Assembly: GCA_039096225.1 (NCBI GenBank)
Contig: JBBPEB010000024.1
Location: 434,001 to 498,000 of the forward strand
Source of the DNA: Blastocystis sp. Blastoise
Lineage: Eukaryota > Protista > Bigyra: Opalinata
Length of the DNA: 64,000 nucleotides
Direction: 5' to 3'
In this document: one piece after another, positions 32,679 to 47,995 of the stretch
How the letters are laid out: each line of letters opens with the position of its first letter
Numbering within the stretch: the stretch's first letter is position 1
Notes under the pieces: generated by a model
The model's input: the letters and a program-made list of their open reading frames with translations, nothing else
What the model was told of the DNA's origin: nothing
The model's database searches: none
Program-made: the position numbers and the translations under genes

Positions 32679-33312
32679 TGGTTCATATTGTGGTATCTGT
32701 GAACTATTATTTCTTAATTGATTCTGAGCGTTTCTGATTTTTTCAATAAGTTTTTCACGACTTGATATATTAGCGGCACAATTATCAGACACTATTCCCT
32801 TGACTTTATTCACACCTATTCTTAGCATACAGTCATATATAACATATGCAATTGAATCTGATGTCTCACCACAATATGTAACATTATATATGCAATACAA
32901 ATATGGCTTATGTTCTATAATTGCAACAACATTTAGAAATTTCTCTTGATTTATATTAGTTGTACCTGTAATAATATAATAATATAATAATATAATAATA
33001 TAATAATATAATAATATAATAATATAATAATATAATAATATAATAATATAATATTATAATAATATAATATTTTAATAATATAATATTATAAAAATATAAT
33101 AATATAATAATATAATAATATATATACCATCAAATGATAGATATACTCTAGTTGCATTTCGAATCCTTTCTTCCACTATTTCGTAAATCTTATAGAAGGT
33201 GTTATCCAAGTGTCTGTTACTTAACGAATGCCTTTTTGGTAACTTGTACTGTGAGTTAATATCACTAAACATTTGAATAAGGTATTTGTTCTCAACTTGC
33301 GAAAAAGGTGTA

Positions 33313-33351
<39 letters not shown>

Positions 33352-33900
33352 TTGTAGTTAAAAAATAGCACAATAGATCATCATAAAATCTATCAACACT
33401 CATTTCATTATCAACTGGTATCATAGTATTAGATTCACCTAGATGATCAACCTGCTCAATGTCTAAGTTAACGTGATGAATACGTAACTTATATGCAGTT
33501 TGACATAATGTATTTTTGGTACTAGATAGCGTGTCTTTATGATAAATATATTCTTTCGATAGATGATCAATATAACGTGTAAAATTTCTAAGATGTTTCA
33601 TAGAGCAAATAGGACAAGTGTATAATTTTGTTTTCTCATCATAGCACGCCAACTTTTGAATACATTCATGTATAGTAGACATCAATATGTGTTTGCTCAT
33701 TTGAAAATAATACAAAAATATCAAGCAATAATCAAGCAATATGATAAAAAATAATTATTTTAAGAAAAATAACAAAATTATAGATAAAAATCACGGTTAT
33801 TCGTGTAATAGGATGTAATTTGAAAAATTTCAGATAATTACGCAAAATTTTTCACATTTTTGCGTAATTTGTAACGGCGTAATTACAGGTTCCATCTCTA
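31129..33900. mobile_element. hAT DNA transposon, 2,772 bp
   Basis: 8-bp TSD TAAGTTTT at 31121-31128 and 33901-33908. Imperfect TIRs: TAGTGTTGG left, TAGAGATGG right (reverse complement). Subterminal TAATTAC motifs; contains a hAT transposase. Confidence 0.9.
31479..33700 (-). CDS. hAT transposase (DUF659-like), 4 exons
   Basis: BED-like CPIC...HL, 'NTPFSQVEN', 'LSFDG', 'VSDNCAAN', 'CASHMGELL', 'PTRWWS', and C-terminal 'SSGFSERVWS...LRNRL'. Introns at 33314-33351, about 32966-33127 and about 32577-32673 join in frame. Confidence 0.9.
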
Positions 33901-34582
33901 TAAGTTTTATTTTGTTGTATATGTCTCTTTAAGCAAAATATGAGCATTCAAAATGTTCTTTTAGATCAATTCATGCAATATAGCTTCGTATTAAGAAAAG
34001 GAAATATGGATATTATTGAAGTTTTGTTTTTTTTCATTTGAATTTTTATTATTAAACTTGCTCGAACCTTGATTTTATGCTCTACGAATTCAAAAATAAT
34101 AGATAGATATGTTGAAGTGACTCAAATAATGTTTCTATAATGTGAATGAAGTCATTTTGAGATTAACTTATGAATTATTCAATAATTTTAATTAATATGA
34201 TTTATATATATGAATATATAGTCTATAGCATAATTAAAAATAAGAATATACGTTAGTTTAACCACATAAAAACGTATTTTGTATAATATTTGATATAAGT
34301 TCATAATAAAATACTTTTTGAGTATAATAGCAATCTTAATATATGAATATCCATTAAAATGAATCACAGATACAATATTGACTGATATAAATAGAAAAAA
34401 CAATCAAACATGAATTTTAAAACTTGTGAATTCATTTGAGGGATTCAGTTTATAACTGAAATTGTTTTAATAATTTTTATCATTTTATTTTTGTCGATTT
34501 TTCATTCATATTCAATATTCAACACCTATTTCTTATTTTAAATGCAAATATCAGATATCTCTGTTATTAAGATAATTAAATA

Positions 34583-37500
34583 ATGTTTGAAGAAGAGATG
34601 GAAAAAACAAATTGTCAAGAAAAACAAAGTATTTTTTCTATTCATACATACTAATCATAAATATATTATTTCTAAAGTATTATTTATATTATAGGATGAA
34701 TTAACAATCACAATTTCAAATTCTCTTTTACAAAAATATCCTAATTCCATGTTTTCTTTGGTATCTATGAATACTAATAATTTCATAGGAGAATAAAAAT
34801 CTTATTACATTGATCTTCAAAGTTTATCAATACATGGAACGATCCCATTAATGGAGAATGCAAAAATTCTTGATGTTTTGTCTTTAAAAGATGTAATTTC
34901 AATTCATTCAGATATAAATTATTTTTATGGAGATGAATCCTATGAAGATAAGATAAAAATATATACATTTCTTTGTGATTCTTTACATAGTTTTATTGTG
35001 AATAATAAATGTGAACTGTATTTTATTTTATAAATATTTATAGAATAAATGAAAGTGATGAAATGAAAATAATACGATTTCAACTCATTATTCATGGTAT
35101 ATTTATTCATTTTATTATTATATATATGAATGAATAGATATCATAACAGAAGAGAGAAATCAATTATTTTGTCAATATTCTCCATTATTTGATTTCTTTA
35201 ATATTACAATTGTTACTTTAAAATATATAGTATTAGATTATTAAAGCCATTAATTATATATATAGTTGATTTCTCTGAAGATATTCCTTATGAATATATA
35301 TATCCTTCTAATTTACATGAAGTATTCCCAAAACTAGAAATGCTTTTTATAGAACGTATATTATAATTATTTACATATATATATATTTGAATTTTTTTTA
35401 TATAGCTTCTTATTATTCTCATAGAAAAGAGATATATATACCTCCTTCTGATCCTCATTATACTCTATTATATAAAGAATATAAACGACAATATTATGAA
35501 ACTTATTTTCCAAAAGAATATTCTATTTATAGAAGATCAAGAACAGATAAAGAAAACGATTATATATATAACAATTTAATTCATATATATCCAAAAGAAA
35601 AGAAAAGAAAATATGAATAAGAAAGAAAATGATATTTCTCACAAAAATATAGATATAGATAAAGAAATAAATGAAGAGAAAAATGAAATAAAACCAGATC
35701 TATTTGTTATTCTTTCAAGCTATTCCCGTGATTATAATACATAAAAAATGGATTTCGATAAGAATAATTTATTATTATATAATAATAAATATATTTCTTA
35801 TATGAAGTTTATATTTATCCAAGATGGAGGTATATATATAGATATAGATTAATATAATTTATATATATAGAACGAGATATACAACATCCAATTGTAGAGT
35901 ATATAATTATAATTTTATTGTTTTTGTACTCTATATAATTGAATAAATTATTTTATTATTAGAATATATTTATAATATACAAATATGAATAGATTTTCGT
36001 TTTCTTCGTGTTCAACAATACTCTTCTATTTACTTCATCTGCCAAAAATGAAGCATATTAAACAACTAGTCACTCTTCGTATGTGTATAATAACTATTAT
36101 ATATATATATTAGAGAATCCTAGAGTGAAGATTCAATTTTATATTCCTCCATTATTAATAACAATTAGAGATGGATTAGTAGATACATTATTATATATAA
36201 CATATTTAATTGTAATATATATATATTATTTATTATTTATTATTATATAGTTATTCAACCAGGATCATATCCTGAATATATACAATTATTAAAAGATATT
36301 ATTACTACTCATGTATTTCCTAATGTAACTACATTAAAAATAACATGTATATATATAATATATTTCATTATATTGTATAAATAATAATATTTATAGATTA
36401 TTCCTATAATTTATATATACCTCTTTTACAAGAGATATTGCAATTAATAACAAGAAATCATTTCCAAAGTTGCATATATATGATATCAGCGATATTATTC
36501 AAAATGACACTCATATATATAAAGACCATTATAAATTTGTTTTATTTTCTGAATTTATAATACAACTAATGGATACTATAATTTATGATAAGGATATATT
36601 AACGAATATCTCAGAGAATGTTGTGTTTTATCCAGAAATATCAGAAGCTATATTGAATACTAATAATACTAATTATTTTACTATTCAAGGTATACATAAA
36701 TGGTATTATGAATTATTATTATTATACTATATATATATAGGTTCATTTTTTTAAATGAATATGATGTTGTGTGGAATAAGTTAATGAATTCTAAAGTCAT
36801 ATACTTTAATAATCTAATTATTGATTGTACATATATTATATCATTATTATTATTTTTATATATAAAAATACTATTATTTCTATCTTGTTTTAGTATATGA
36901 GATGAAATATACTAGATTTGATATTTCTCAAATAAATCTAAAGAAGTGTATAGTTAAATCACTTATTCTTAGTATATATATATATATTTGTATATATCTA
37001 TTTATTATATAATAGATGCGAATTCATTTCAGTATAAGATATTAAATGAATTGAAAAATTGCATGAAAGATATAAATTATAATGAACTTCAAACACTTTT
37101 TATTAACTGTATTTGTTTTTTTTATTCTCTATTTATTCTATTTATTATTCGAATTAATTATATAATTTTTAGTCAATCCAGATGAAGATGAAGAGTATGA
37201 ATATGATAGTGATGATAGTGATTGTGATTATGAAGATGATGAAGATGATAGTGAGATGAGAATATTAATGTGAATCAATATATTTATAAATATTTATTTT
37301 TTATCTGTTGGAAGCTATAAGAACGTGACTACTTTGTCAATAGGTATGATTATGTATATATATCTTTATATCTTTATATATAGAGGGTACAACTTTCTAT
37401 TCTATTCATGGTTATATAAAAAACAAAATAAAAGTTGAAACCATACAAATGTTATATCATTTCTTCTCCTAGTTTTCTAATAATCTTACTAGAATAGAAT

Positions 37501-38504
37501 TAACTTGAATATCAATTTAAATATTATATATATACAAATAGATTGTTTCTTTGTATCCTATATATTCAATGATTGCTTATCTCTCCCTTTACTTGAAAAT
37601 ATCAATTATGTAAAAATATCAATTTGTATGAATTATAATATATATTAGTCAATTATATATATAGTTAATAAAAATGAATTTAATGATTTAATGATGAATA
37701 TATACTCGTTATTTAAGAATAATAAATTGAAAGAACTTCAAACATTGGAAATTAGCTATATTTCTAGTATGTTTAATAGTTATATTGATAATATAAATAT
37801 ATATAGAAGATAACGATAGTTTTGATGAATTATTTACATATATTATGCTATTTAAAGAAGACTATATTAGAACTCTTTCTTGTTTCAAATAAATAAAACT
37901 TAATATTCAACATATATTTTTGTATCATTAATATATTTATATATCTTATATTCATTTTCTATTTAATTATTTAGTTGTAATTATTAGTTATATATATCCT
38001 TTTATTGTTAAGAATAAATTCTTATTTTTATATATATTAATTATATTACTATTAGAATCTCAGAATGAATATGCTATTCAAAATATATTCGAATCATTAC
38101 TTCTGTTTCGCTTTCTTTTCATAAATATATTCAATATGTATACATGAATAAAATAATGAAGAAATATAAAGATATGTATCTTATGTATTGTAAGTATATA
38201 TATAATCAATTAGAAATGGAATATACTAAATTCATTGTCCAATTAGATTTATGTATATATATAATTTTATTCCACATTATTCATAATATATAGTTAAAGA
38301 AGATAATCTTTATATAAATAATATTATAGACTTAATTGCAAAGAATTCTTTTCCTTATTTAAGAATAATTTATTTATATAACTCATGTATATATTTATAT
38401 AGTATATGATGTTTAAATCTATAGATATAGAGTTTGATTATAAATCTATTTTAGAAGATTATAAAAAGAAATATAATCCACAACTATCAATTATATATAA
38501 ATGA
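34583..38504 (+). pseudogene. BTB + LRR-like paralog with several inactivating lesions
   Basis: Exon-by-exon similarity to 40577..45029 (for example FSEDIPYEYIYPSNLHE, HVFPNVT). In-frame stops at 34692-94, 34794-96 and 35742-44. Frameshifts near 35600 and 37250-37310. GA instead of GT donor at 37507. Confidence 0.7.
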
Positions 38505-38827
38505 GAAAAATAAAGAATATCTAGATTTTTTTAATTGTTAATAAATAATGTTTTATATATTGTTATGTAATTATGTTTGTAATATATAATTTGTTACTGT
38601 TGTAAATGAAATAATCTATTAAAAGTGATTATTTTTTAACTATTTTAAAGCCAAACCCATTAATAAATATAAACATATAATTAAAATAAACACTTTTAGA
38701 TAATTTATATAAAAAAACATATACAATAAAAAATATAATAGTTCGTATAAAAAATGTTAAAAAGTTAATATATATTTATATATATATATTAAAGAAAATA
38801 GATATTTTTATATATAAATAATTGTTC

Positions 38828-40366
38828 TTAAGCTCTTCCCCAGACTTCATAATCATCTACTTTAAAATCATTTCTAGAATTAGCATTAGCAGTATTCACA
38901 AATAATGAATGTTTTTGAGGAGTATTCACAGTAGTAAATGATTGTGAAACAGTCCATGCATTACTATTAGTAGTATGACAATTATCATTAATAAGTATAT
39001 CACAGCCACCACCAAATACAGGACCCCAATTACTAGCACATAAAATACCTCTACCATTACCATTATGTAGATATTGAGTAGGAGGAATATTATGTTCATT
39101 ATTTAATGTAAAGAGAAATTCTTTAGAAGCAGGTTTATTACCACTATTACTATCCCAACTTTGATCTGTATATCCTCCAAATATATTAATATGATTATTT
39201 TTACCTTTATGTTTGATAATAGTAACTGTTTCTCCTTGATTATCACAATATTTATGAAATTCATTTGCAGAATAATTATGTTCGCGTGCTCTATATATAA
39301 TATAACTAATAAATAAAAGCATAATTTATATATACCTAAATAATAATTTCCATTTCTTTTCTTTACCAAGCCAATTCACTAATGGAGTGTCAAAACATCT
39401 CTTTTCAATAATTTTTGAGTTTATAAATACAGTTGGTCTTCCCATCATTTCTTCTTTCGCAGCTTCCTTTCCTTGATCACCAAATAATTCAGCCATTTCT
39501 TTCTCTAATAATTCTTTATTAATATCAATAATCTTATCTTCTTCTATATCTATATATCTATTCTTCACATATTCAGTAATATATTCAATATATTCATATT
39601 TCTTATTCACATATAAGCTTTCATCACTAGGATTATAATTAATAAATCCATTATCATAATTCTTAACATAATTATTCCATAAACCATTCTTTACTAAATA
39701 TTCTTTAATAATATCATTCTTATTTCCATTAATAATCAAAGAAACTTCATCTCCTTCTTCATATTTCTTCATCTTTCGATCTCTTCTTTCTCTACAATTT
39801 ATTAATTCTAAAGGAATCACTAAGCCACAAAATTCAAATAAATTTAATAAATCTAATTGCTGCTCATAAGAAAAATGATCAAAATTAACTTTCTTTCCAT
39901 TCAAATAATCTAATAAATAGTAAATAAAAATATCATTACCTCTATAATCAAGAAATGCAGTTCCATCATTCGTTCTTTTTTCTTCTTCACGTTGATCATC
40001 TATAAAAGAACCTTTTAGGGTATCTAAAACAGATTTCGATATTTGAAATACAGGACCATTATTCGTAAATCTAATGAAATCCACATCATTATCATTATTA
40101 TTATTCATATTGACATTCATATCCTCATAATTATTATTTTCATAAACACATTTCTTTTCAAATTCATTTCTTTCGCCTTCCTTTTCAATACAATCATCTC
40201 CAATATGTTTTATAAGTCTATTAATCGATATTCCAGAATGTATACCAAGATTCATTACTGATCCAAATACACTAACAACATCTTTCATCAATTCTTCATA
40301 TACATTGATATCCTCCTTCAATCTATTAAACTTATCAATACCAAATAACACCTTTTCTTTCACCAT
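38828..40366 (-). CDS. BTB-like + TLDc domain protein, one intron (39291-39335)
   Basis: ORFs 39326..40414 and 38828..39322 join at WKLLFR|AREH. Full TLDc motif set ending VDDYEVWGRA. Close paralog of 23854..25340. Confidence 0.88.
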
Positions 40367-40576
40367 TTTCAAGAAGAACAATAAGAAAAAACTGGAATAA
40401 AAAGAAGTTTTCATTTATTTGGATAATTGTGAAATTGATCGAAATATAAAGGAGAATTTGTTTTTTTCATGAATAAAAAATCTAGTTTTTCCATTATCTA
40501 TCCTATAAACACATTTATATTTATTCTTTATTATATTCCTATTGGCAATCTTAGCATTCTTATAATAAATAATAAT

Positions 40577-42539
40577 ATGAGTGATAACAAAAACAACAAA
40601 GTGCAAGATAAACAGGAAATGAGTAATTAATTATAAGTATCTTAATGAAATATCTTAGTAACCTTCATATTCCAAGAAGAAATCCATGTAGACGTTCCGT
40701 TGGCTATAATAAAGAAGTATCCAGAATCTCTCCTGTCAGTAAATTATGAGAATCCAAACAATTACTTAAATGATGAAAATGCTTATTACATTGATTGTCC
40801 ATGTCTTTCTATTAACACACTATTACAATTTATAGCAAAAGAAATCTTCTTAGAATCTATGACAGTTAAAGATATTATAAATATGTATAAAACGATACAA
40901 TTTTATTTTACTGATAAACATCCTGATTTTGAAGGAAAAGTATTTAGTTATCTTGTCAGTCAATTTTATATGGTTTTAAAACAAACTGACTGTGAAATGT
41001 ATATATATATTATTATTATTATATGTTCTATTTTTTAATTCCATAGAGAGAGAACTTCTTTTGATGGTATCTGTATTCTTTATATGCATGGTATATACTA
41101 TAATTATTTAAAAAATTACTATTATTTTTATATTATAGATATTTTTACGGATACAAGAAATCAATTATTTCAAAAATACTCAGAATTATTTGATTTTTTT
41201 AATGTAAAATATATATATTTAAAATGTATATATATATAATATATATATAATATATATATAATAAGAAAGTACTATAATAATAATTCTATAAATATATAAA
41301 GATCAATTTTCTGAAGATATTCCTTATGAATATATATATCCTTCTAATTTACATGAATTATTTCCAAAACTTCAAATCTATAATATTTCCTGTAAGCATA
41401 TATTATGATATTTATATATGTATATTTTCTCTTTATTAATTATTTTATATATGTATATATATAGTTGATTATTATCCAGAATTAGAATGTTTTCGTGTTC
41501 CTTATTCTGATCTTCATTATAAAAGATTATATTCAATATATAAACAAAACTATTATAATATGTCCAGTTTATTACTATATAACACATATTTAAAAAGATT
41601 AACTGAAGAGAAATTATTAGAATTAGTTAAAAAACAGCTAGTTATATATACAAAAATAGATTTTTGGAAACAATTAAAAAATAAAATTAAAAATGTAGAT
41701 GAACATTTAGTTAGGGGAACTCTTCCTGATGAATATAATAATGATGAATATAAAGATTATAGGCCACCTTTATATGTAGAATGCTATTCAGACTATTCCC
41801 GTGAATACAATAAACAAAATGAAAAACAATTAAATGATAAACAATCTTGTTCTATTTTATTTTATTTTCAAAATAAGAATGGTATTATATGCATTTATAT
41901 ATTTATATTTATTCTATTTATTATTATTCTATTTATTATTATTCTATTTATTATTATTCTTATTAATATATATATATATATATTTATTTATAGAATTTCC
42001 TGATGAATTAATTGGACTACTCACTTTTTCGTATAATAATATAAATATTAATATGATAATAAATAAAACATTATTTTTTTATAAAAATATATCTATATAA
42101 TTATATATAGAGAGAATTATTATGTAGATAAAATAGCATCTTATATATATAATATGCCTCAATGTAAACAATTAAATACAATTAAATGTATTGGAGCGAA
42201 TAAAGAAGAAGCAGAAAATAAATGTATCTCTTTATCACTATCTATACCTGCTTTATTATCAGCATTAAACAATGGAATATTTGATAATTTAGAAAAGATG
42301 AATATATCTACTTGTATATATATTATAATTATGTTGTTTTACTCCATAAAAGTGAATTTATTTATTTTTATTTTTTACTTTATTTTTATTTTAGTTTTAT
42401 TTTTATTTAGTTATATTTTCATTTTCATTTTCATTTATATATATATAGTTATAGACAATAAATCTTATAAAGAATATAAAGATTTATTTATGACAATAAT
42501 ATATTCACATACATTTCCAAATGTAACGGCATTATCAGT

Positions 42540-42634
<95 letters not shown>

Positions 42635-45029
42635 TAATATGGAAGATTCAACTCAATATATATTTTATAAATCTTTATTTTTATCATTTTCAAGAGAGCA
42701 TTTTCCTCAGTTACATATATTAAATATATCTTCATATTATACAAATAGGTTTTCAGAATCATTAGTAGCATCAATGAAGGATATATATACATTATTTGAT
42801 AGCTCACTCTTTGAGTTAATAGACACAATAATTATTGATTATCATTTTTGTTATTATATCATAAAATATGGAAAAGAAATTGTAGATGTTCTTATTAATG
42901 CATATAAAAGACATCAATTTACTCTAAAATGTATATATATATTTATATTTATTTATATTTATATAAATTTATATATGTATATAGTACCTGTATTAAATTT
43001 GAAAGAATATTCAATATATTGGCAACAACTATTAAAATCTAATATTCTTTTATGTGAAAATTTATTTTTAAGCAGTATTTTTATTATTTATTTAACATAT
43101 AAATATATTCTATAATTTTTTTTTATCTACACATAGTTTATTTTTTTAATTTAATATATATATATAGGTGTATCTATATGCGATTTTGGTTCTAAAGAAA
43201 TATTACCTGATCTTTCTAAAAATTATTTCAAAGAAATAATTTTTTGTATATATATTCATATTAATCTTTATATTTTTTTAAATTATTTCATACTATTTTT
43301 CTTATATTACTTTTAACATATATATATATAGCTATTCGTGATTCTCTTTCTCAAAATTGTGACCAACAATTAATAAATACTGTTAATACAATAAATTGCC
43401 AAAAACTTGAAGAAATTCGAATTGACATCAGTTGTATTTTTTTAAATTTTAGTTGTTATTAATTGATTATTTTTATTTGTAGTAAATCATTCAAGGGAAC
43501 ATAGTTATTATAATATATTTCAAATGATTAAATCAATTAATTTTATTTCTTTTTTTTCTTCTTTGAATTATAATACAGTTACCCGTTTATCAATATGTTC
43601 TTTCTGTATATACATATTCTTATCTACTATTATAATATATCACATTATTATTTATAATTATATAATAAACTAAATTTCTATATAACTAATTATATAATAT
43701 ATATATATTATTTATTTTAAGTGTTTTATGCTATATATATATATAGCCACAAAATCATATTCTTATTTATATGATGATAATCAATCTTCTAGTAATGCAG
43801 ATATTATTTCTTTTCAAAAATGTTTAACATTGTTTTCTTCAAATATTAAATATCTTAAAATAAATTGTATTATTTTATACTCTATTTTAAAATATGATTC
43901 TATTTTTTTTTTAATTATTTTTGTTCATTATATTTATTTGATTATTTCTATCAGCATTATTATTCAATAAAACATATGAATTCACTATATATAGATGGAT
44001 GTTTATGTGATATGATTTATGTATTACAAAATATTATGGAATTTCCACTTTGGATAAATGTAGAAGAATTATCAATATGTTTTTGTATATATAAATATAT
44101 TTATTATATTATATTATTAATATACTATAATTATATATATAGATAATAATAGGTTAAAGGATATATTGGATCAATTTATTCGTTATTTTAATAATCATAA
44201 ATTATTAAAACTCAAAGATTTATCAATAGGAATAATTTGTAAATAAAATAATTATATATTATTGTTTTTATAGATTTTTTCCTTTAGAACTAATACTAAT
44301 GAATATAATTATTATTATATATATAGCTTTAGTAGATTCAATACAGCCAATTTTATCATTCATAGAAAATATACAAAATAATCCATCTCTCTCTTTTCCT
44401 AAATTAGATTCTTTTTATATTGAATACTTATCTGACCCAGATAGTATATTATAAATTATATTATTTGAATTATATTATATATATACTACAAACTCTTTTA
44501 TGAATAAAAAATACAATAATAAATATATATATATATATAGATTCTATTGTTAAACATGTTGATTATAATATATTAAAATCCTTTCCTTCCTTATCCTTTT
44601 ATTTACATATACCTATAACTGAAATATATATGCATTCACAATTAGGAAAATTAAGAAAAACATCTTTTGAGTATTGTCAATATATATATAATCAATTACA
44701 GATGGAATATACTAAGACAGTTTCTAAATTACATATAAGTATATAAATATATAGTATAGTATATTAGATATATAATTAATATATTTATAATAATATATAT
44801 AGTTATGCAAAATAATAATTATTCTGATGAAATAATAAAATTGATTGTTACTGGAAAATTTCCATTTTTAAAAGAACTTCAATTATTATCATGTGGTATA
44901 TATTATATATTATATTATTATATATTATATATAGAAGAAAATAAAATAGATGAAATTGAACAATTAATAAATAATTATATGAAAACATCAAATCATTGGT
45001 TTATTTTTTTTATTAAAAAAGCTTTTTAA
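40577..45029 (+). CDS. BTB-like + LRR-like repeat protein, about 20 introns
   Basis: Manual splicing gives an open frame from MSDNKNNK to ...IKKAF*. BTB-like 'IIKKYPESLL...AYYID...LLQFI'. Repeats HTFPNVTAL, HFPQLHIL, SFPKLDSF, KFPFLKEL. One intron (42545-42633) lacks a GT. Confidence 0.75.
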
Positions 45030-46080
45030 TATATATATATAGTTTTTAGACAATAGTTATATGTATTCTATTTCTATCAAATTTATGTTGTTCTGTTATA
45101 AATAGAATATATATATACACTTATAATGATTATTATATGTTATTTTTTTAGATATTTAAAGAATAATTATTACTTTTAGTACATGTTAATTATATTATAT
45201 TTTTAAGTTTGAAATATTTTTGTTATAAAATATTTATATATATATTTAATTATAGAATTTCATTTGTATATTCTTTAGAAAAACAGACAATATTTTTAAA
45301 ACATTTTGTGATATTTATTGTGACTATCATAAAAATAAAACTTTAAGTCTGATATAATAGAAATAAATACAGAGATAATATTTTTACGGTATCAATAATA
45401 AACAACAGTATCACAAATGTTTTTTGTAGTTGTTTTAGAGCAAAAATAAAAAGCCTCAGGAAAGAGACTAAGTATATATTACTCATACAATATTTAAAAT
45501 AGATGTCTAGTCTATTATTATTTATATATAGTTTATTATATAAGTTTACATATATATATATAGATATATATAGTATATCCTCTTAGTTATTTTTTAAACT
45601 AAAAGATATTTCTATTTATTTGTATATATATTCATTACCCTTTTTATTCTTAATAGTAAGAAAAGAATGTTTAGTATAAAATATTTTATTTATTATTAAT
45701 TGTTAAATAGGCTGTCTTGTTTTATTATGAATAAAAACTTTTATATAGTATATATGTAACTAAATTAAATATATATAAAATTTTTATGATGATAACAAAT
45801 TGTATAAATGAATATAGATAAAATAAATATATAATTTATTTATTTGTAAATATTGTATTATATATGAATAACAGTATATAAGAATATAAAGAATAATTAA
45901 ATAAAATGAACAAATAAAGAGAAAATAATTAATAATATAGTTTGTAAAATAAAACAAAATACTAATTAACTTTTAAATAAGGTTTATAATACTATATATG
46001 AAAACAAAAATAATTAAAAATAATTTTTTAAATATATATACATATATAATTTATTTATAGATAAAATAATTATATATTTC

Positions 46081-47964
46081 TTATTGGCTTGTGAATACTT
46101 CAAAATCAATTAAATCAAAAATATTCGGTTTATCACGTTCATTAGAATTAGCAAAGAAACTATTTCCTAATTCAAGATAAGGAGAAATATATACAGGATT
46201 TTTTTTACATAAAACATTTGTTCTACCATTAAGAAATCGATCTCTGTCAATTAGAGTACGTAAATATATGCCACAACAAAAAGAGAGTTCATAATCCGAA
46301 TTATTACAAAGTAATGCATTTATTGAATTCTCAGGATTAATATCTAATTTCGTATAATTATATCCATGAGGATTTGTTAATGAAAATAAAAATGCTTTTG
46401 AATCTTTTCTCCATCCCACACCTTCTATATATATTTATATTTATATATTTATATTTATATATTTATATTTATATATTTATATATTTATATATTTATATAT
46501 TTATATATTTATATATTTATATATTTATATATTTATATATTTATATATTTATATATTTATATATTTATATATTTATATATTTATATATTTATATATTTAT
46601 ATATTTATATATTTATATATTTATATATTTATATATTTATATATTTATATATTTAATATATTTATATATTTAATATATATACCACTCTCTTCATCTGTAT
46701 CATCTATATGATTCTTTCCCCAACCAACACTAGTATATCCTCCAAATATATACGATTGACCATCTTTTCCTTTTCCTTGTATAATCACTAATGATTCTTT
46801 ATCATCACATTTCTCATGCCATTTCTTTACACTTCTCTTTTCATCCGAACATCTATATAGAATAATATATAATTATAAAAAATATTTAAATTATATATAA
46901 TATTACCTATATAATAATTTCCATTCTTTATTTCCTTCAAACCATTTACTTAACTCGATACCCATTTCTTCATTAATAAGAATTGAGTTTGGTAAATATA
47001 AATGAGGATTTGGTATTAATTCATAGACTTCATATTCATCAACAATAAAAGAATTCTTTTGTTTTGGTCCAGAAGTATTCACAAATAAAGATCGAAATTG
47101 AGGAGTAAGACTATGAGAATATATATTAGTAGTACCATTAATATAACTATTTTTATTATAATAGCAATCATCACTTATACATATATCCATAAAATGAGGA
47201 CCACAATTCTTAACACAATATAATGCATTAAAAGGATCAAGTATATCATATTTAGTAGGAAGAATATCGTGTTCATTACTTAATGTAAATAAGAAAGACC
47301 CACTATCATATTTCCAAACTATATTGTATTATAATTTTAAATAATAATAATATATATATTTACAATTTTCACTTCTAGATTCCCAATATTGAGTAGTATA
47401 TCCTCCAAATATATTAATTATTTTATTATGACCTAAATTCTTTATAATAGTAATAGTAGGACATTTATGATCACAATATTTATGAAATTCACTTGCTTTA
47501 AATTCATGTTCACTTGCTCTATAAACATAGATAATAATAATAACATATAGCATACCTAAATAATAATTTCCATTGTTTTTCTTTACCAAGCCATTCATTA
47601 AGAATATTTATATATTCATTATTACCATTTAAAATAATACTATCTATAAAATTTATACTTTTAGTGATAACATAAGGTTTTAATAAATTATTCATTTGAT
47701 TATGTAAATTAGTAGATTCTAAAGAATTATTTGTTTTTATTTCATTTGAACTATTAGTATCTTTTGCATTATTATTACTTGTATTATTCACATTTTTGTT
47801 TACTTTATTAGCAGTAGATTCTGTTTTTTGAATGACATTTACATTATTATTATTTGATATATTATTATTATTATTTGATATATTATTATTATTATTTGAT
47901 ATATTATTATTATTATTTGATATATTATTATTATTATTATTTAATACATTACTATTACTTGGTA

Positions 47965-47995
<31 letters not shown>

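Noticed and set aside
34583-38504. Stop-codon reassignment (TAR = Gln)
   Set aside because: The long ORFs use CAA for Gln with no internal TAA/TAG, many genes end in TAA, and this locus also has frameshifts.
42544-46673. YIYIYI / IFIYLY repeat 'proteins' in the ORF track
   Set aside because: They are translations of intronic (TA)n and 8-mer microsatellites.
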